64,000 nucleotides of DNA from Candidatus Latescibacterota bacterium (GTDB lineage Bacteria > Latescibacterota > UBA2968 > UBA8231), in the NCBI GenBank assembly GCA_965215195.1, contig CBDCDC010000001.1, positions 896,001 to 960,000 of the forward strand. Direction: 5' to 3'. This document shows positions 20,042 to 29,166 of the stretch, one piece after another. Position 1 is the first letter of the stretch. The number at the start of each line of letters is the position of its first letter. The position numbers and the translations under genes are program-made. Under the pieces are notes generated by a model that was not told the DNA's origin, made no database searches, and saw only the letters and a program-made list of their open reading frames with translations.

Positions 20042-21454
20042 GTGCCGCAAAACGTCAGCGAAGAACGCGTGCGCAAAATAGTCGAAGAAGTGGTGCAGCG
20101 AATCGTCAGCGGCGAGGGAGACCGCGAGGGCGGGGACACCGGCGTTTTCGCCGCGATCGATGCGGCCGTCCAAGGCGCGACCCGCGCCCAGCAGCAGTTG
20201 GTGGCCTTGTCGCTGGAGGAGCGCAAAAAGATCGTCGAGGCCCTCCGGCAGACGGCGCACGCCCACGCCGAGGAATTTTCGCGGCGGGCCTTGGCCGAGA
20301 CGGGCATGGGGCGGCTAGAAGACAAGATCATCAAGCACCAAGTCGCGGCCGACACAACGCCCGGCGTCGAAGACCTAGAGGCCGTTTCGTGGACCGGCGA
20401 CCACGGGCTGACCGTAGTCGAAATGGCCCCCTACGGGGTCATCGGCGCGGTCACTCCATCGACGCATCCCGTGCCGACGATGGTCAACAACGCCATTTGC
20501 ATTGTCGCCGCGGGCAACTCGGTCGTCTTTAACGTCCATCCGGCGGGCCGCAAGGTCTCCATGTTCGCGGTGGGGTTGATCAATCAAGCCATCGTCGCGG
20601 CCGGCGGGCCGGCCAACCTGGTGACCGCGGTCGAAACGCCGACCATTGAGACGGCCAACGAATTGTTCAACCACCCGGACGTCCGCTTGCTGCTGGTCAC
20701 CGGCGGGCCGGGCGTGGCCAAGGCCGCGCTGGGCAGCCCCAAAAAGGCCATTGTCGCCGGGCCGGGCAATCCGCCCGTGGTCGTCGATGAAACGGCCGAT
20801 CTGGCCAAGGCCGCGCACGACATCATCGACGGGGGGGGCTTCGACAACAACATCCTTTGCATCGGCGAGAAGCAGGTCTTTGCGGTCGCGGCGATTGCCG
20901 ACGAGCTCAAGCGGCTGATGGTCCAGTACAATGCATACGAGCTCGACGTGCGGCAGGTTGAGGCCCTCGCGCAGGTGGCCTTTGTCAAAGGACCGGACGG
21001 GCATGTCGCGGTCAACCGCGAGCTGGTGGGGCGCGACGCGGCCGTGCTGGGCGAGCGCATTGGCCTGCGGCTCGACTCGTCCCTGCGCATGCTCATTGGC
21101 GAGACCGACGCCAACCACGTTTTTGTGCGCGAGGAGCAGATGATGCCCTTTCTGCCAATCGTGCGGGTGCCCAATATCGACCAAGGCATTCGCGAGGCCG
21201 TCATCTCCGAGCACGGCTACGGGCACACGGCCGTGATCCATTCGCGCAACATCGAAAACATGCACAACATGGCCCGCGCGGTGGATACCACCATTTTCGT
21301 CAAGAACGGTCCTTCCTACGCCGGAGTTGGCTTGGGCGGCGAGGGCTTTGGGACGTACTCCATTGCCGGGCCTACGGGCGAGGGCCTGACGTCGCCGCGC
21401 ACTTTTACCCGCCAGCGCCGCTGCGCCCTCGTCGATTACTTCCGCATCACCTGA
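20042..21454 (+). CDS. BMC acylating aldehyde dehydrogenase (EutE/PduP-like) with N-terminal encapsulation peptide
   Basis: FDNNILCIGEK, EQMMPFLP, TGEGLTSPRTFTRQRRC; N-terminal amphipathic SEERVRKIVEEVVQRI. Confidence 0.9.
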   Translation: MPQNVSEERVRKIVEEVVQRIVSGEGDREGGDTGVFAAIDAAVQGATRAQQQLVALSLEERKKIVEALRQTAHAHAEEFSRRALAETGMGRLEDKIIKHQVAADTTPGVEDLEAVSWTGDHGLTVVEMAPYGVIGAVTPSTHPVPTMVNNAICIVAAGNSVVFNVHPAGRKVSMFAVGLINQAIVAAGGPANLVTAVETPTIETANELFNHPDVRLLLVTGGPGVAKAALGSPKKAIVAGPGNPPVVVDETADLAKAAHDIIDGGGFDNNILCIGEKQVFAVAAIADELKRLMVQYNAYELDVRQVEALAQVAFVKGPDGHVAVNRELVGRDAAVLGERIGLRLDSSLRMLIGETDANHVFVREEQMMPFLPIVRVPNIDQGIREAVISEHGYGHTAVIHSRNIENMHNMARAVDTTIFVKNGPSYAGVGLGGEGFGTYSIAGPTGEGLTSPRTFTRQRRCALVDYFRIT

Positions 21455-21768
21455 TGCTCTTGGGCCAAGTCAAAGGGCACTTGGTCGCCACGGCCAAGGT
21501 CCCGAGCCTCAACGGCAAGAAGCTCTTAGTCGTCGAAATCGCGTCGGTGCGCGAGCATGGTCTGGTGCTGACTGGGCGAGATATGGTGTGCATCGACGCA
21601 GTGCAAGCGGGCAAGGGCGAGTTGGTGATTTTGGTGCAGGGCAGCTCGTCGCGGATCGCCCCGAACTTGGCCGACGTGCCAGCCGACGCAGTAATCGTCG
21701 GGATCGTGGATTCGCTACAGGCCATGGGCAAGGACTTCGACTGCCGGCAACTGAGCCGCGGAGAATAG
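21454..21768 (+). CDS. BMC vertex pentamer (EutN/CcmL family)
   Basis: MLLGQVKGHLVATAK...DAVQAGKGELVILVQGSSSR...DAVIVGIVD. Confidence 0.9.
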   Translation: MLLGQVKGHLVATAKVPSLNGKKLLVVEIASVREHGLVLTGRDMVCIDAVQAGKGELVILVQGSSSRIAPNLADVPADAVIVGIVDSLQAMGKDFDCRQLSRGE

Positions 21769-21771
21769 GCG

Positions 21772-22443
21772 ATGGAAGCGGCTGGATTGGATCGCAAGCA
21801 GATTGAGGCACTGGTGCGCCAAGCGGTGTACGGTCACCTGCCCGACGCTCAGCTAGAGCAGGCACCCCCAGCCCCGAGGCTGGTCGTCAATATGTCCGCC
21901 CGCCACGTCCACCTCAATCAAAAGGCGCTGGACGCGCTCTTCGGCGCGAGTGCCGAGCTGACCGTGCAGAAGGCCCTGTACCAAGAGGGTGCTTTCGCCG
22001 CCGAGCAGACGGTGTCGGTTTTCGGCCCGCGCAAGCAGGTGATTCCCAAGGTGCGAATCCTCGGCCCATTGCGCGATTACAACCAAGTGGAACTGGCCTT
22101 TACGGACGCCCGCTTTTTGGGCATTGACGCGCCCGTGCGGCTCAGTGGCAACATCGAGGGGACGCCGGGCTGCTACTTGGTGGGGCCGGCCGGGGGGCTG
22201 GAGCTCGAGCGCGGAGTGATCCGGGCCGCCCGCCACGTACATCTGAATCCGGCTGAAGCCGCGTACTACGGGGTCGGCCCGGGGGACTTGCTGCGACTCA
22301 TAGTAGAAGGCGATCAGGGCGGGGTGCTAAAAGGGCTGATCTGCCGCGTCAGCGAGCGCGAGCGCCTCGAAGTTCACATCGACACGGACGAGGGCAATGC
22401 GATTGATTTGGTACATGCCCGCAAGGTATATTTGGAGCGTTGA
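21772..22443 (+). CDS. pduL: PduL-type phosphotransacylase
   Basis: SARHVHL, VRILGPLR, RLSGNIEGTPG, VIRAARHVHL, HIDTDEGNA; N-terminal encapsulation-like helix. Confidence 0.9.
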   Translation: MEAAGLDRKQIEALVRQAVYGHLPDAQLEQAPPAPRLVVNMSARHVHLNQKALDALFGASAELTVQKALYQEGAFAAEQTVSVFGPRKQVIPKVRILGPLRDYNQVELAFTDARFLGIDAPVRLSGNIEGTPGCYLVGPAGGLELERGVIRAARHVHLNPAEAAYYGVGPGDLLRLIVEGDQGGVLKGLICRVSERERLEVHIDTDEGNAIDLVHARKVYLER

Positions 22444-22480
22444 ACGCAAAAATCCGCACAATTACTTCAGGAGGTAAGGG

Positions 22481-23041
22481 ATGTCGGATGCAGTAGGTAT
22501 GGTAGAAACCGTGGGGCTGGTCGGGGTCGTCGAGGCCGGCGACGCCATGGCCAAGGCCGCCAGCGTACAGCTTTTGGGCTGGGACCGGGTCGGCTCCGGT
22601 TTGGTGACCGTGTTTTGCTCGGGCGATGTGGCGGCCGTCAAGTCGGCCGTGGATGCCGGCTCAACCGCTGCGGCCAAGGTTGGGGAGGTGCATTCGGTGC
22701 ATGTGATTCCCCGCCCGCACAGCGAGTTGACGGCCGTCGTGCCCGAGCGCAGCGACCGCAGCGACAGCGATGGTCGCGTCCGCGCCTTGGGCCTCATTGA
22801 GACGAAGGGGGCCATCGGCGTGATCGAAGCGGCCGACGCCATGAGCAAGGCCGCCGATGTGGAGATCGTCAAGCTCCAAGAAATCGGCGGCGGGTACATC
22901 ACCGCCATGGTCAGCGGCGACGTCGGCTCAGTGCAGGCTTCGGTCAGCGCTGGTGCCGAGGCGGCCGAGCGCGTGGGCGAGCTCGTGTCGCAGCACGTGA
23001 TTCCCCGCCCCCACGACGATCTCGTCGCTCTGTACTTGTAG
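22481..23041 (+). CDS. BMC shell protein with two tandem canonical BMC domains
   Basis: Two G(M/L)(V/I)ET.G...ADAM.KAA...GDV...HVIPRPH units. Confidence 0.9.
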   Translation: MSDAVGMVETVGLVGVVEAGDAMAKAASVQLLGWDRVGSGLVTVFCSGDVAAVKSAVDAGSTAAAKVGEVHSVHVIPRPHSELTAVVPERSDRSDSDGRVRALGLIETKGAIGVIEAADAMSKAADVEIVKLQEIGGGYITAMVSGDVGSVQASVSAGAEAAERVGELVSQHVIPRPHDDLVALYL

Positions 23042-23056
23042 GTAGAGGAGAAAAAA

Positions 23057-23320
23057 ATGAAAGCATTGGGCATGGTCGAGACCCGCGGTTTGGTCTGCGT
23101 CGTCGAAGCCCTCGACGCCATGTTGAAAACCGCCGACGTGAGCTATGCGGGCCAAAAGCGCGTGGGCAGCGGCCTAATCGCCGTGCTGGTCGAAGGCGAC
23201 GTAGCAGCCGTTAAAGCGGCCGTAGATGCAGGGGCGCAAGCCGCCCAGCGCATCGGCGAGCTGCGCAGCGTCCACGTGATTCCCCGCCCGACTGAGGGGC
23301 TGATAGACCACCTTGGTTAG
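23057..23320 (+). CDS. BMC-H hexamer shell protein
   Basis: ALGMVETRG...DAMLKTADV...GDVAAVKAAV...HVIPRP. Confidence 0.92.
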   Translation: MKALGMVETRGLVCVVEALDAMLKTADVSYAGQKRVGSGLIAVLVEGDVAAVKAAVDAGAQAAQRIGELRSVHVIPRPTEGLIDHLG

Positions 23321-23324
23321 CTAG

Positions 23325-23774
23325 GTGACCAAGGCTTTGCACATCGACGCCCCGGTCGTCACCGGCGACTTGCTCGGGCGCGAGCACAAGGGCGAGCGGG
23401 CACTCCGCGTGGCCCCCAGTGCCATCTTGACGCCGACGGCTTGGGATTACATCCGCCAGCACCGCTTGCAGCTAAATCGCGGCGAGCCTGTTGCGGCAGC
23501 CGTTGACGGCGTTGCGGCCGCGGGCCGGTGCGAGCATCCCGACCGCGCCTGCGGCTGCCAGCACGAGGAATTTGGCTCGGGGTACGTCGAGCCGGCGCAC
23601 TGCGGCGATTGCGCCGTCCACCAGCGCAAGAAGGAAGGCGACCCCGAGGCGAGTTGCGCAGGCTGCAACCGCTATAAGACGCTTTTGCAACAAATCGAGC
23701 AGGGCCAAGCCACCGACCCGGAAGCCCTAGTTGAGCAGATCACCGAGCTAGTAATTCACCGGCTGGCAGACTGA
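23325..23774 (+). CDS. Cys-rich BMC-associated hypothetical protein with C-terminal encapsulation-like peptide
   Basis: N-terminal VVT..L...AILTPTAWDYIR motif; 7 Cys including two CxxC; C-terminal DPEALVEQITELVIHRL. Confidence 0.7.
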   Translation: MTKALHIDAPVVTGDLLGREHKGERALRVAPSAILTPTAWDYIRQHRLQLNRGEPVAAAVDGVAAAGRCEHPDRACGCQHEEFGSGYVEPAHCGDCAVHQRKKEGDPEASCAGCNRYKTLLQQIEQGQATDPEALVEQITELVIHRLAD

Positions 23775-23777
23775 GCT

Positions 23778-24362
23778 ATGGCGGGGGCCCCGGCAGTCGG
23801 CATGATCGAGGTGGAGGGCGTAGCCGCCGCCATTGTGGGTGCGGATGCGGCTTGCAAGGCCGCAGACGTGGAGCTTGCGGGTTGGGCGTCAATCGGCGGT
23901 TATACCACGGCCTTTTTCACCGGGTCAATCAGCGATGTGGCCGCTGCGCTGCAAAGCGGCCAAGAAGCGGCCCGCAGGGTGATAGAACACGTGGTGGCCG
24001 TGCCCCTACACCAACCCGCTCCCGCCTGCCTCCATTTCGTCGATTTTCCGGCCCGTGCCCACAGCGACTTGCCCGCCGGTGCCTTGGGGTTGGTCGAGAC
24101 GCGCGGCTACGGGGATCACATTTACACCAACGATCAGATGGTCAAGACGGCTGCCGTTGAGGTAATCAACGTGCTGACGGTCCACGACCGCGTGGTGTGT
24201 TCGCTGGTCTTGGGGGACGTAGGGGCCGTCACCGAAGCCATAGCTGTCGCGCAAAAGTTGCTCGCAGGCTGCGAGCGCTTGCTGGGCACGGCACTGATCC
24301 CCCAGCCGCGGCCAGAGATTTTGGCCGCATACGCCGTGCCGCTGGGAGGTGGCGGTGTCTAG
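23778..24362 (+). CDS. Divergent two-domain BMC shell protein
   Basis: AVGMIEVEG..ADAACKAADV and ALGLVETRG..DQMVKTAAV..GDVGAV..IPQP. Confidence 0.85.
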   Translation: MAGAPAVGMIEVEGVAAAIVGADAACKAADVELAGWASIGGYTTAFFTGSISDVAAALQSGQEAARRVIEHVVAVPLHQPAPACLHFVDFPARAHSDLPAGALGLVETRGYGDHIYTNDQMVKTAAVEVINVLTVHDRVVCSLVLGDVGAVTEAIAVAQKLLAGCERLLGTALIPQPRPEILAAYAVPLGGGGV

Positions 24363-25503
24363 CGGGGCGCTCGGCATGCTGGAGACGCGCGGCATGGCGT
24401 CGCTGATGGCTTCCACCGACGCCATGCTCAAGGCCGCCCAAGTGCAACTCTGCGGTCGGCACGGCATTGGCGCGGGTTGGCTCACCGCAGTAATTGCCGG
24501 CCAAGTGGCTGATGTAGAGGCGGCCATTGGCGTTGGCGAGGTTGAGGCGAACCGCACCGGCGAACTGATTGGCGCACGAGTAGTGCCGCGGCCGGACGCA
24601 CGCGCCATGGACGCCATGCCCCACGCAACCGGGCTCGGTGCCGAACAGGTACAGCCGCGGGCGATAGGCTTGTTGGAAACGCAGGGGCTGACGCCGCTAG
24701 TGGCCGGTGCGGATGCCATGCTCAAGGCCGCCCAAGTGGAGCTAGGGGGTTGGGCTTTCATCGGCGGTGCCCTGTGCCACGCGCCGATCTTTGGCGATGT
24801 GGCGGCCGTGCAGACAGCGCTAGAAGCCGGCCGGCGAGCAGCCGAGCGGATCGGCACCGTGTATGCGACCCTCGTTTTGCCCCAGCCCAGCGAGGGGCTA
24901 GGCCCTCTGTTGCCGCCTGCGCCGGCGGCCGCGCCGCGCTCCACGGGTGCCTTGGGCCTCGTAGAGACCATTGGCTACGCCGCGGTCGTGGGCAGTGCCG
25001 ACGCCATGCTCAAGGCCGCGGATGTCCAAATTGAGCGCTTGAGCATCGGCAGCGGCGGGCGGATTGCCGCGCTGGGCATCGGCCAACTCGACGACGTGCA
25101 GGCCGCGGTGCGCGCCGGTGCCGAGGCCGCCACGGCCTTGGGCCAGCTCGACGCCTCGGCCGTAGTCTCGCGGCCCGATCCCATGCTAGTCGCCCGCTTT
25201 GCCACCGCGGCCGAGGGCCTTGGGCCGGGTGCGCGGCAGGCCATAGGGCTGATTGAGACGCGCAGCACCGTGGCCTTGGTGCGGGCTGTCGATCGGATGC
25301 TCAAGGCCGCGGCCGTCGAATACGAAGGGGCCTATAAGGTGGGGTACTACTTGACGGCCGCTGTCGTGCGCGGCGATGTCGGTGCCGTGCAGGTCGCCAT
25401 AGAGGCGGGTCGGCAGGAGGCTGTCGCACACGGGGAACTGGTCTCGGCCTACGCCATTCCCCAGCTCTACGGCGGGCTCGAAGGCCGCCTGCCGCACGTT
25501 TAG
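24349..25503 (+). CDS. BMC shell protein with four tandem BMC domains
   Basis: Four A(L/I)G(M/L)xET...D(A/R)MLKAA units in 384 aa; start overlaps the previous gene by 14 nt. Confidence 0.88.
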   Translation: MAVSSGALGMLETRGMASLMASTDAMLKAAQVQLCGRHGIGAGWLTAVIAGQVADVEAAIGVGEVEANRTGELIGARVVPRPDARAMDAMPHATGLGAEQVQPRAIGLLETQGLTPLVAGADAMLKAAQVELGGWAFIGGALCHAPIFGDVAAVQTALEAGRRAAERIGTVYATLVLPQPSEGLGPLLPPAPAAAPRSTGALGLVETIGYAAVVGSADAMLKAADVQIERLSIGSGGRIAALGIGQLDDVQAAVRAGAEAATALGQLDASAVVSRPDPMLVARFATAAEGLGPGARQAIGLIETRSTVALVRAVDRMLKAAAVEYEGAYKVGYYLTAAVVRGDVGAVQVAIEAGRQEAVAHGELVSAYAIPQLYGGLEGRLPHV

Positions 25504-25517
25504 GGAGGACGCGAAAA

Positions 25518-26687
25518 ATGATTCGGATTGACGATGCAGTAATTACCGCTCAGACCTTGGAGGGCCGCCTAGCTGGCGAACGGCAGGTTGAGCTCGGCCC
25601 GGGGGCCAAGCTGACGCCCTCGGCGCAGGATTTTTTGCGCGTCCAAGGCGTTGAGGTCGTGCGCCGGGAAGCCGATGGCCAAGCCCCCCCAACGCCAGTG
25701 CCAGCACCAGCGGTTCCTCGCGCCGAAGGTCGCAAGGCATTTGCTGGCATCTTCTGTCCCAATGTCGTCCTTTTCGACAGCCGCAACGAGATCAACCACG
25801 CCGAGATGGAGCGCTACGTCAACTGGCTGATCGAGGTCGGGATCCACGGGCTGTACCCCAACGGCAGCACGGGCGAGTTCGCGCGCCTGTCGCGGGAGGA
25901 GCGCCAAGACGTGGTGCGGCTGGTCTGCGAGGTCAACGCGGGGCGCGTACCCATACTGGCCGGTGCCAGCGAGGCCAACTTGCGCGACGTGCTCGAGATG
26001 GCCGAATACTACGCCTCGCTCGGGGTGGATGCCATTGCCCTGATGCCCCCCTATTACTACGAGATTTCCACCGAGAGCCTCTTCGAGTACTTCGCCGAAA
26101 TCGCCGGAGAATCGCCGCTGGACATCCTGCTGTACAATATCCCGCAATTTACCCAAGAGCTGTCGATAGATTTGATGGAGCGGCTCTTGCCCTACGAGCG
26201 GATCTTCGGCACCAAGGACTCCAGCCGCGACTTGCCGCGACTGCTCAACACCATGCACCGCCTGCGCCAACAACGCCCCGACTACGTGGTGATGACCGGC
26301 TGCGAGGAGATGGCGTTCCCCGCGGTGCTTATGGGTGCCAGTGGGGGCACCATTGCCACCTCGGGCATTGTCCCGGAAGTCATCGTCGAGCTCTACGAAA
26401 AGGCCAAAAGCGGCGACATTGAGCGCGCCCGCGAACTACAGTACCGCATCCTCGACCTAATCAATCTCATGCTCCTCGGGGTCAACTTTCCAGAGGGCTT
26501 CAAGACCGGCGTGGCAGCCCGCGGCTTTGACGTAGGCCCAGCGCGTGCGTTGAGCAGCGCGGCCGAGCAGGAGTATCTGCTCAAGCTAGAGGCGCAAATC
26601 AACTGCGTCCTCGCGGATATGGGCTATCCGGTAAACGGCCCCCGCGCCTGCCCGGCGACCAACCTGCCGCCGATCGTCGGTCGCTAG
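25518..26687 (+). CDS. DHDPS/NAL-family class I aldolase or lyase with an N-terminal BMC-associated extension
   Basis: GLYPNGSTGEF, LLYNIP, GTKDSS (Schiff-base Lys); N-terminal VITAQTL...GAKLTPSAQDFLR. Confidence 0.85.
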   Translation: MIRIDDAVITAQTLEGRLAGERQVELGPGAKLTPSAQDFLRVQGVEVVRREADGQAPPTPVPAPAVPRAEGRKAFAGIFCPNVVLFDSRNEINHAEMERYVNWLIEVGIHGLYPNGSTGEFARLSREERQDVVRLVCEVNAGRVPILAGASEANLRDVLEMAEYYASLGVDAIALMPPYYYEISTESLFEYFAEIAGESPLDILLYNIPQFTQELSIDLMERLLPYERIFGTKDSSRDLPRLLNTMHRLRQQRPDYVVMTGCEEMAFPAVLMGASGGTIATSGIVPEVIVELYEKAKSGDIERARELQYRILDLINLMLLGVNFPEGFKTGVAARGFDVGPARALSSAAEQEYLLKLEAQINCVLADMGYPVNGPRACPATNLPPIVGR

Positions 26688-27764
26688 ATGGCCTTGGCGG
26701 GCACTCGCGCGTTGGTGGTCGGGGCCGGTATCATCGGCCGCTCGACCGCCTATTTCCTCGCCCGGCAAGGCGCGAAGGTCATCCTGCTCGACGAGGGCAG
26801 TGCCGCTGGCTCGCCCACGAGCCGGGCCTCTTTGGGCGTCCTCACCCACTGCAACGGCGGCGACAATCCCTACGCCCAGCTCTTCCGCGACGGCCACGCT
26901 CTGCACGCCCGGCTGGCTTGCGACCTAGCCGAAGAGCTGGGCGCAGACGTGGGCTGGCGTCCCCTCGGCGGCATTGAGCTTTTTGCCGACGCATCCCAGC
27001 TAGAGGAAGTATGGCGTTTCAATCGCGCGCGCGGCTGTCGGGTTGAGCGGCTTGACGAGCGGGCCTTGGGCAGTGCGGAGCCAGCATTGGACAGCGGCTG
27101 CGAGGGCCTGTTTTTTGCCGACGATCACCGGGTGGATCCCCTCAAGTTGGGCGCAGCACTTTGGGCGGCGGCGGCCCAGCGGGGTGCGGTGGCCGCTTGG
27201 GGCGAGCGCGTCTGGCGCATTGCCCAAGCGGGCGCGTCCGTCGAGGTCGCCACCAGCCGCGGAACCCACCGCGCCGACTTTGCGGTCTTGGCGGCTGGGG
27301 CGTGGACCAGCGGCTTGGCCGCCCAGCTCGGTGCCCGAGTCGCGCTGCGTCCGGTGCGGGGCCAACAAGCGCGTTTTGCCGGTGCCCCGCTGCGCCACCT
27401 AGTGAGGATAAACGGACGCCATCTCATTCCAGACGGCGGCGAAACGGTCGTGGGCTCAACGGTGGAGGAGGTCGGCTTTCGGCTGGAAACGACCCGCGCG
27501 GCCGCGGCCGAGTTCGCCGCGCAGGTGCGCTCCGCGCTGGGGAGGGGCTTGCCCCTGTCGCGCCAGCAAGCTGGTCTGCGGCCCAAGCCCCGAGGCGGGC
27601 GTCCGCTCATCGGCCCGCTAACAGATGCGCCGCGAGTCTTCGTGGCCTCCGGGCACTACAAAAACGGCGTCTTGCTAGGCCCGATTACCGGCCAAATCGT
27701 CGCCCGCTGGATCGCCGCGGGAACCCCGGGGCGCGACATGCGCCGCTTCGCGCCCGAGCGTTGA
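26688..27764 (+). CDS. FAD-dependent oxidoreductase, D-amino-acid/glycine oxidase (DAO/ThiO) family
   Basis: VVGAGIIG, AAGAW, PVRGQ, AGLRP, SGHYKNGVLLGP. Confidence 0.85.
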   Translation: MALAGTRALVVGAGIIGRSTAYFLARQGAKVILLDEGSAAGSPTSRASLGVLTHCNGGDNPYAQLFRDGHALHARLACDLAEELGADVGWRPLGGIELFADASQLEEVWRFNRARGCRVERLDERALGSAEPALDSGCEGLFFADDHRVDPLKLGAALWAAAAQRGAVAAWGERVWRIAQAGASVEVATSRGTHRADFAVLAAGAWTSGLAAQLGARVALRPVRGQQARFAGAPLRHLVRINGRHLIPDGGETVVGSTVEEVGFRLETTRAAAAEFAAQVRSALGRGLPLSRQQAGLRPKPRGGRPLIGPLTDAPRVFVASGHYKNGVLLGPITGQIVARWIAAGTPGRDMRRFAPER

Positions 27765-27797
27765 ATTCATTTCCACCTAACACCGTTGAGGTTAAAC

Positions 27798-28739
27798 ATG
27801 CCATTGCAAAAGGAAGCCCTGCTCGCCGCGCTAAACTCGGTCACCTCCATCCCGGTGGTCCCTTTTCGCGGGGGGCAAATCGACTACGAGGCCCACGCCA
27901 AAAACATCAACTACTTGATGGAGAACAACCACTTAGACGGCGACCGCCCCCGGGTGATTGGCATCGCCGGCACCAGCTTGGTCCACCACATTAGCGCGGA
28001 CGAGCAAGTGCGGCTGTTGGGCTTTACCGGCGAGCAGATGGGGGGGCGCGGGGTGCTGATGGCCGGGATTGCCCCCAATCCGGTTGGGGATGCCGAGCGG
28101 TTGATTGAGCGGGAGGCCGCGCTCGAATACCCCCCGGATGTCTATCTCGTCATGCCGCTTACGGGCGTGGCGAGTCCAGAGGGCATTTTCGCGTACTACG
28201 CGGATTTTGCCGAGCGGCTGGGGCGCTCGTGCGGGGCCAAGCTGCTCTACTATCTGCGCAACCAAGCCGAGCGCGACATAGCCGTGCGGCTGATGAACGA
28301 ATCCGAGCACTTCGTGGGGCTGAAGATCGGCACCACGGTCGAGGATGTCGAGCCGATTGTCGCGGGTGTGGAAGAGGGGGCCGCGCTGGTGATCTGGGGC
28401 GTGGGCGACCGTTCGACCGGGCCGGCCGAGCGCGGCACCAAAGGCCACACCTCGGGGATCAACGTGGCCTTTGCCCGCGCCTCAGACGAGATCAACAACG
28501 CCCAGCGCCGGGGCGATTTTGCGACCTCGCAGCAGATTGAAAACCAGCTCGCAGCCCTAGAGGAAATTCGCTTTCGCGACGGCCGCATGTACAACTATTC
28601 AGCCGTGGTTGAGGCCATGCACTTGGGGGGATTCAGCGATGTGGATGGCGGCGAGGGCGGCCCGTTCAATCCGCGGGTGCCAGCGGAAGTGGCCGCGGAA
28701 GTGGCCGCGGCCATAGCCGACATTGTGGACTATCACTAG
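27798..28739 (+). CDS. Second, divergent DHDPS-family protein (KDG-dehydratase-like)
   Basis: SIPVVPF..GQIDY, LLYYLR, VGLKIG, GHTSGI. Confidence 0.7.
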   Translation: MPLQKEALLAALNSVTSIPVVPFRGGQIDYEAHAKNINYLMENNHLDGDRPRVIGIAGTSLVHHISADEQVRLLGFTGEQMGGRGVLMAGIAPNPVGDAERLIEREAALEYPPDVYLVMPLTGVASPEGIFAYYADFAERLGRSCGAKLLYYLRNQAERDIAVRLMNESEHFVGLKIGTTVEDVEPIVAGVEEGAALVIWGVGDRSTGPAERGTKGHTSGINVAFARASDEINNAQRRGDFATSQQIENQLAALEEIRFRDGRMYNYSAVVEAMHLGGFSDVDGGEGGPFNPRVPAEVAAEVAAAIADIVDYH

Positions 28740-29038
28740 CCTTGGCGGCGCAGCCGCTCTAGATAGGCCGCCCATTCGACCGGGAGCAGGTGCTGCTTTT
28801 GGCTGTTGCAGTGCTTGCAGCAAGGCACCACGTTGGACTTGGTGGTGCGGCCGCCGCGGATGAGCGGCACCACGTGATCCATGGTTAGCTCATAGGGCGC
28901 AAACGACTGCTGGCAGTAGTGGCACTGGCCAGCGGCCCGTCTGCGCTTCCACCACTCGGAGCGGCGCAGCACTTTGGCTTTGTTTTTTTCTCGGGCGACG
29001 TGCTCGGCGTCGGCTGGGATGAAGTATGTGCTTTCCAT
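28736..29038 (-). CDS. Stand-alone HNH endonuclease family protein
   Basis: CHYC...LTMDHVVPLIRGG...NVVPCCKHCNSQK. Confidence 0.85.
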   Translation of the reverse strand: MESTYFIPADAEHVAREKNKAKVLRRSEWWKRRRAAGQCHYCQQSFAPYELTMDHVVPLIRGGRTTKSNVVPCCKHCNSQKQHLLPVEWAAYLERLRRQG

Positions 29039-29074
29039 GCGAGAGCAAGATAGCGCAGAACGGGTGCAGCACAA

Positions 29075-29166
29075 ATGAACCTCAGCGAAGCCGATACCAG
29101 AGCCAAGCTCATCGATCCAGCCATTCACAGGCGCGGCTGGACAGAAGACCACATCCGGCGTGAGGA
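29075..29166 (+). pseudogene. hsdR: Remnant of type I restriction subunit N-terminus
   Basis: MNLSEADTRAKLIDPAIHRRGWTEDHIRRE, then unrelated sequence. Confidence 0.7.

Noticed and set aside
20042-25503. Canonical eut/pdu operon or carboxysome
   Set aside because: No EutBC, PduCDE, glycyl-radical enzyme or RuBisCO.
25518-28739. Lysine-biosynthetic dapA
   Set aside because: BMC context, N-terminal extension and divergent motifs favour catabolic DHDPS-family enzymes; no dapB nearby.
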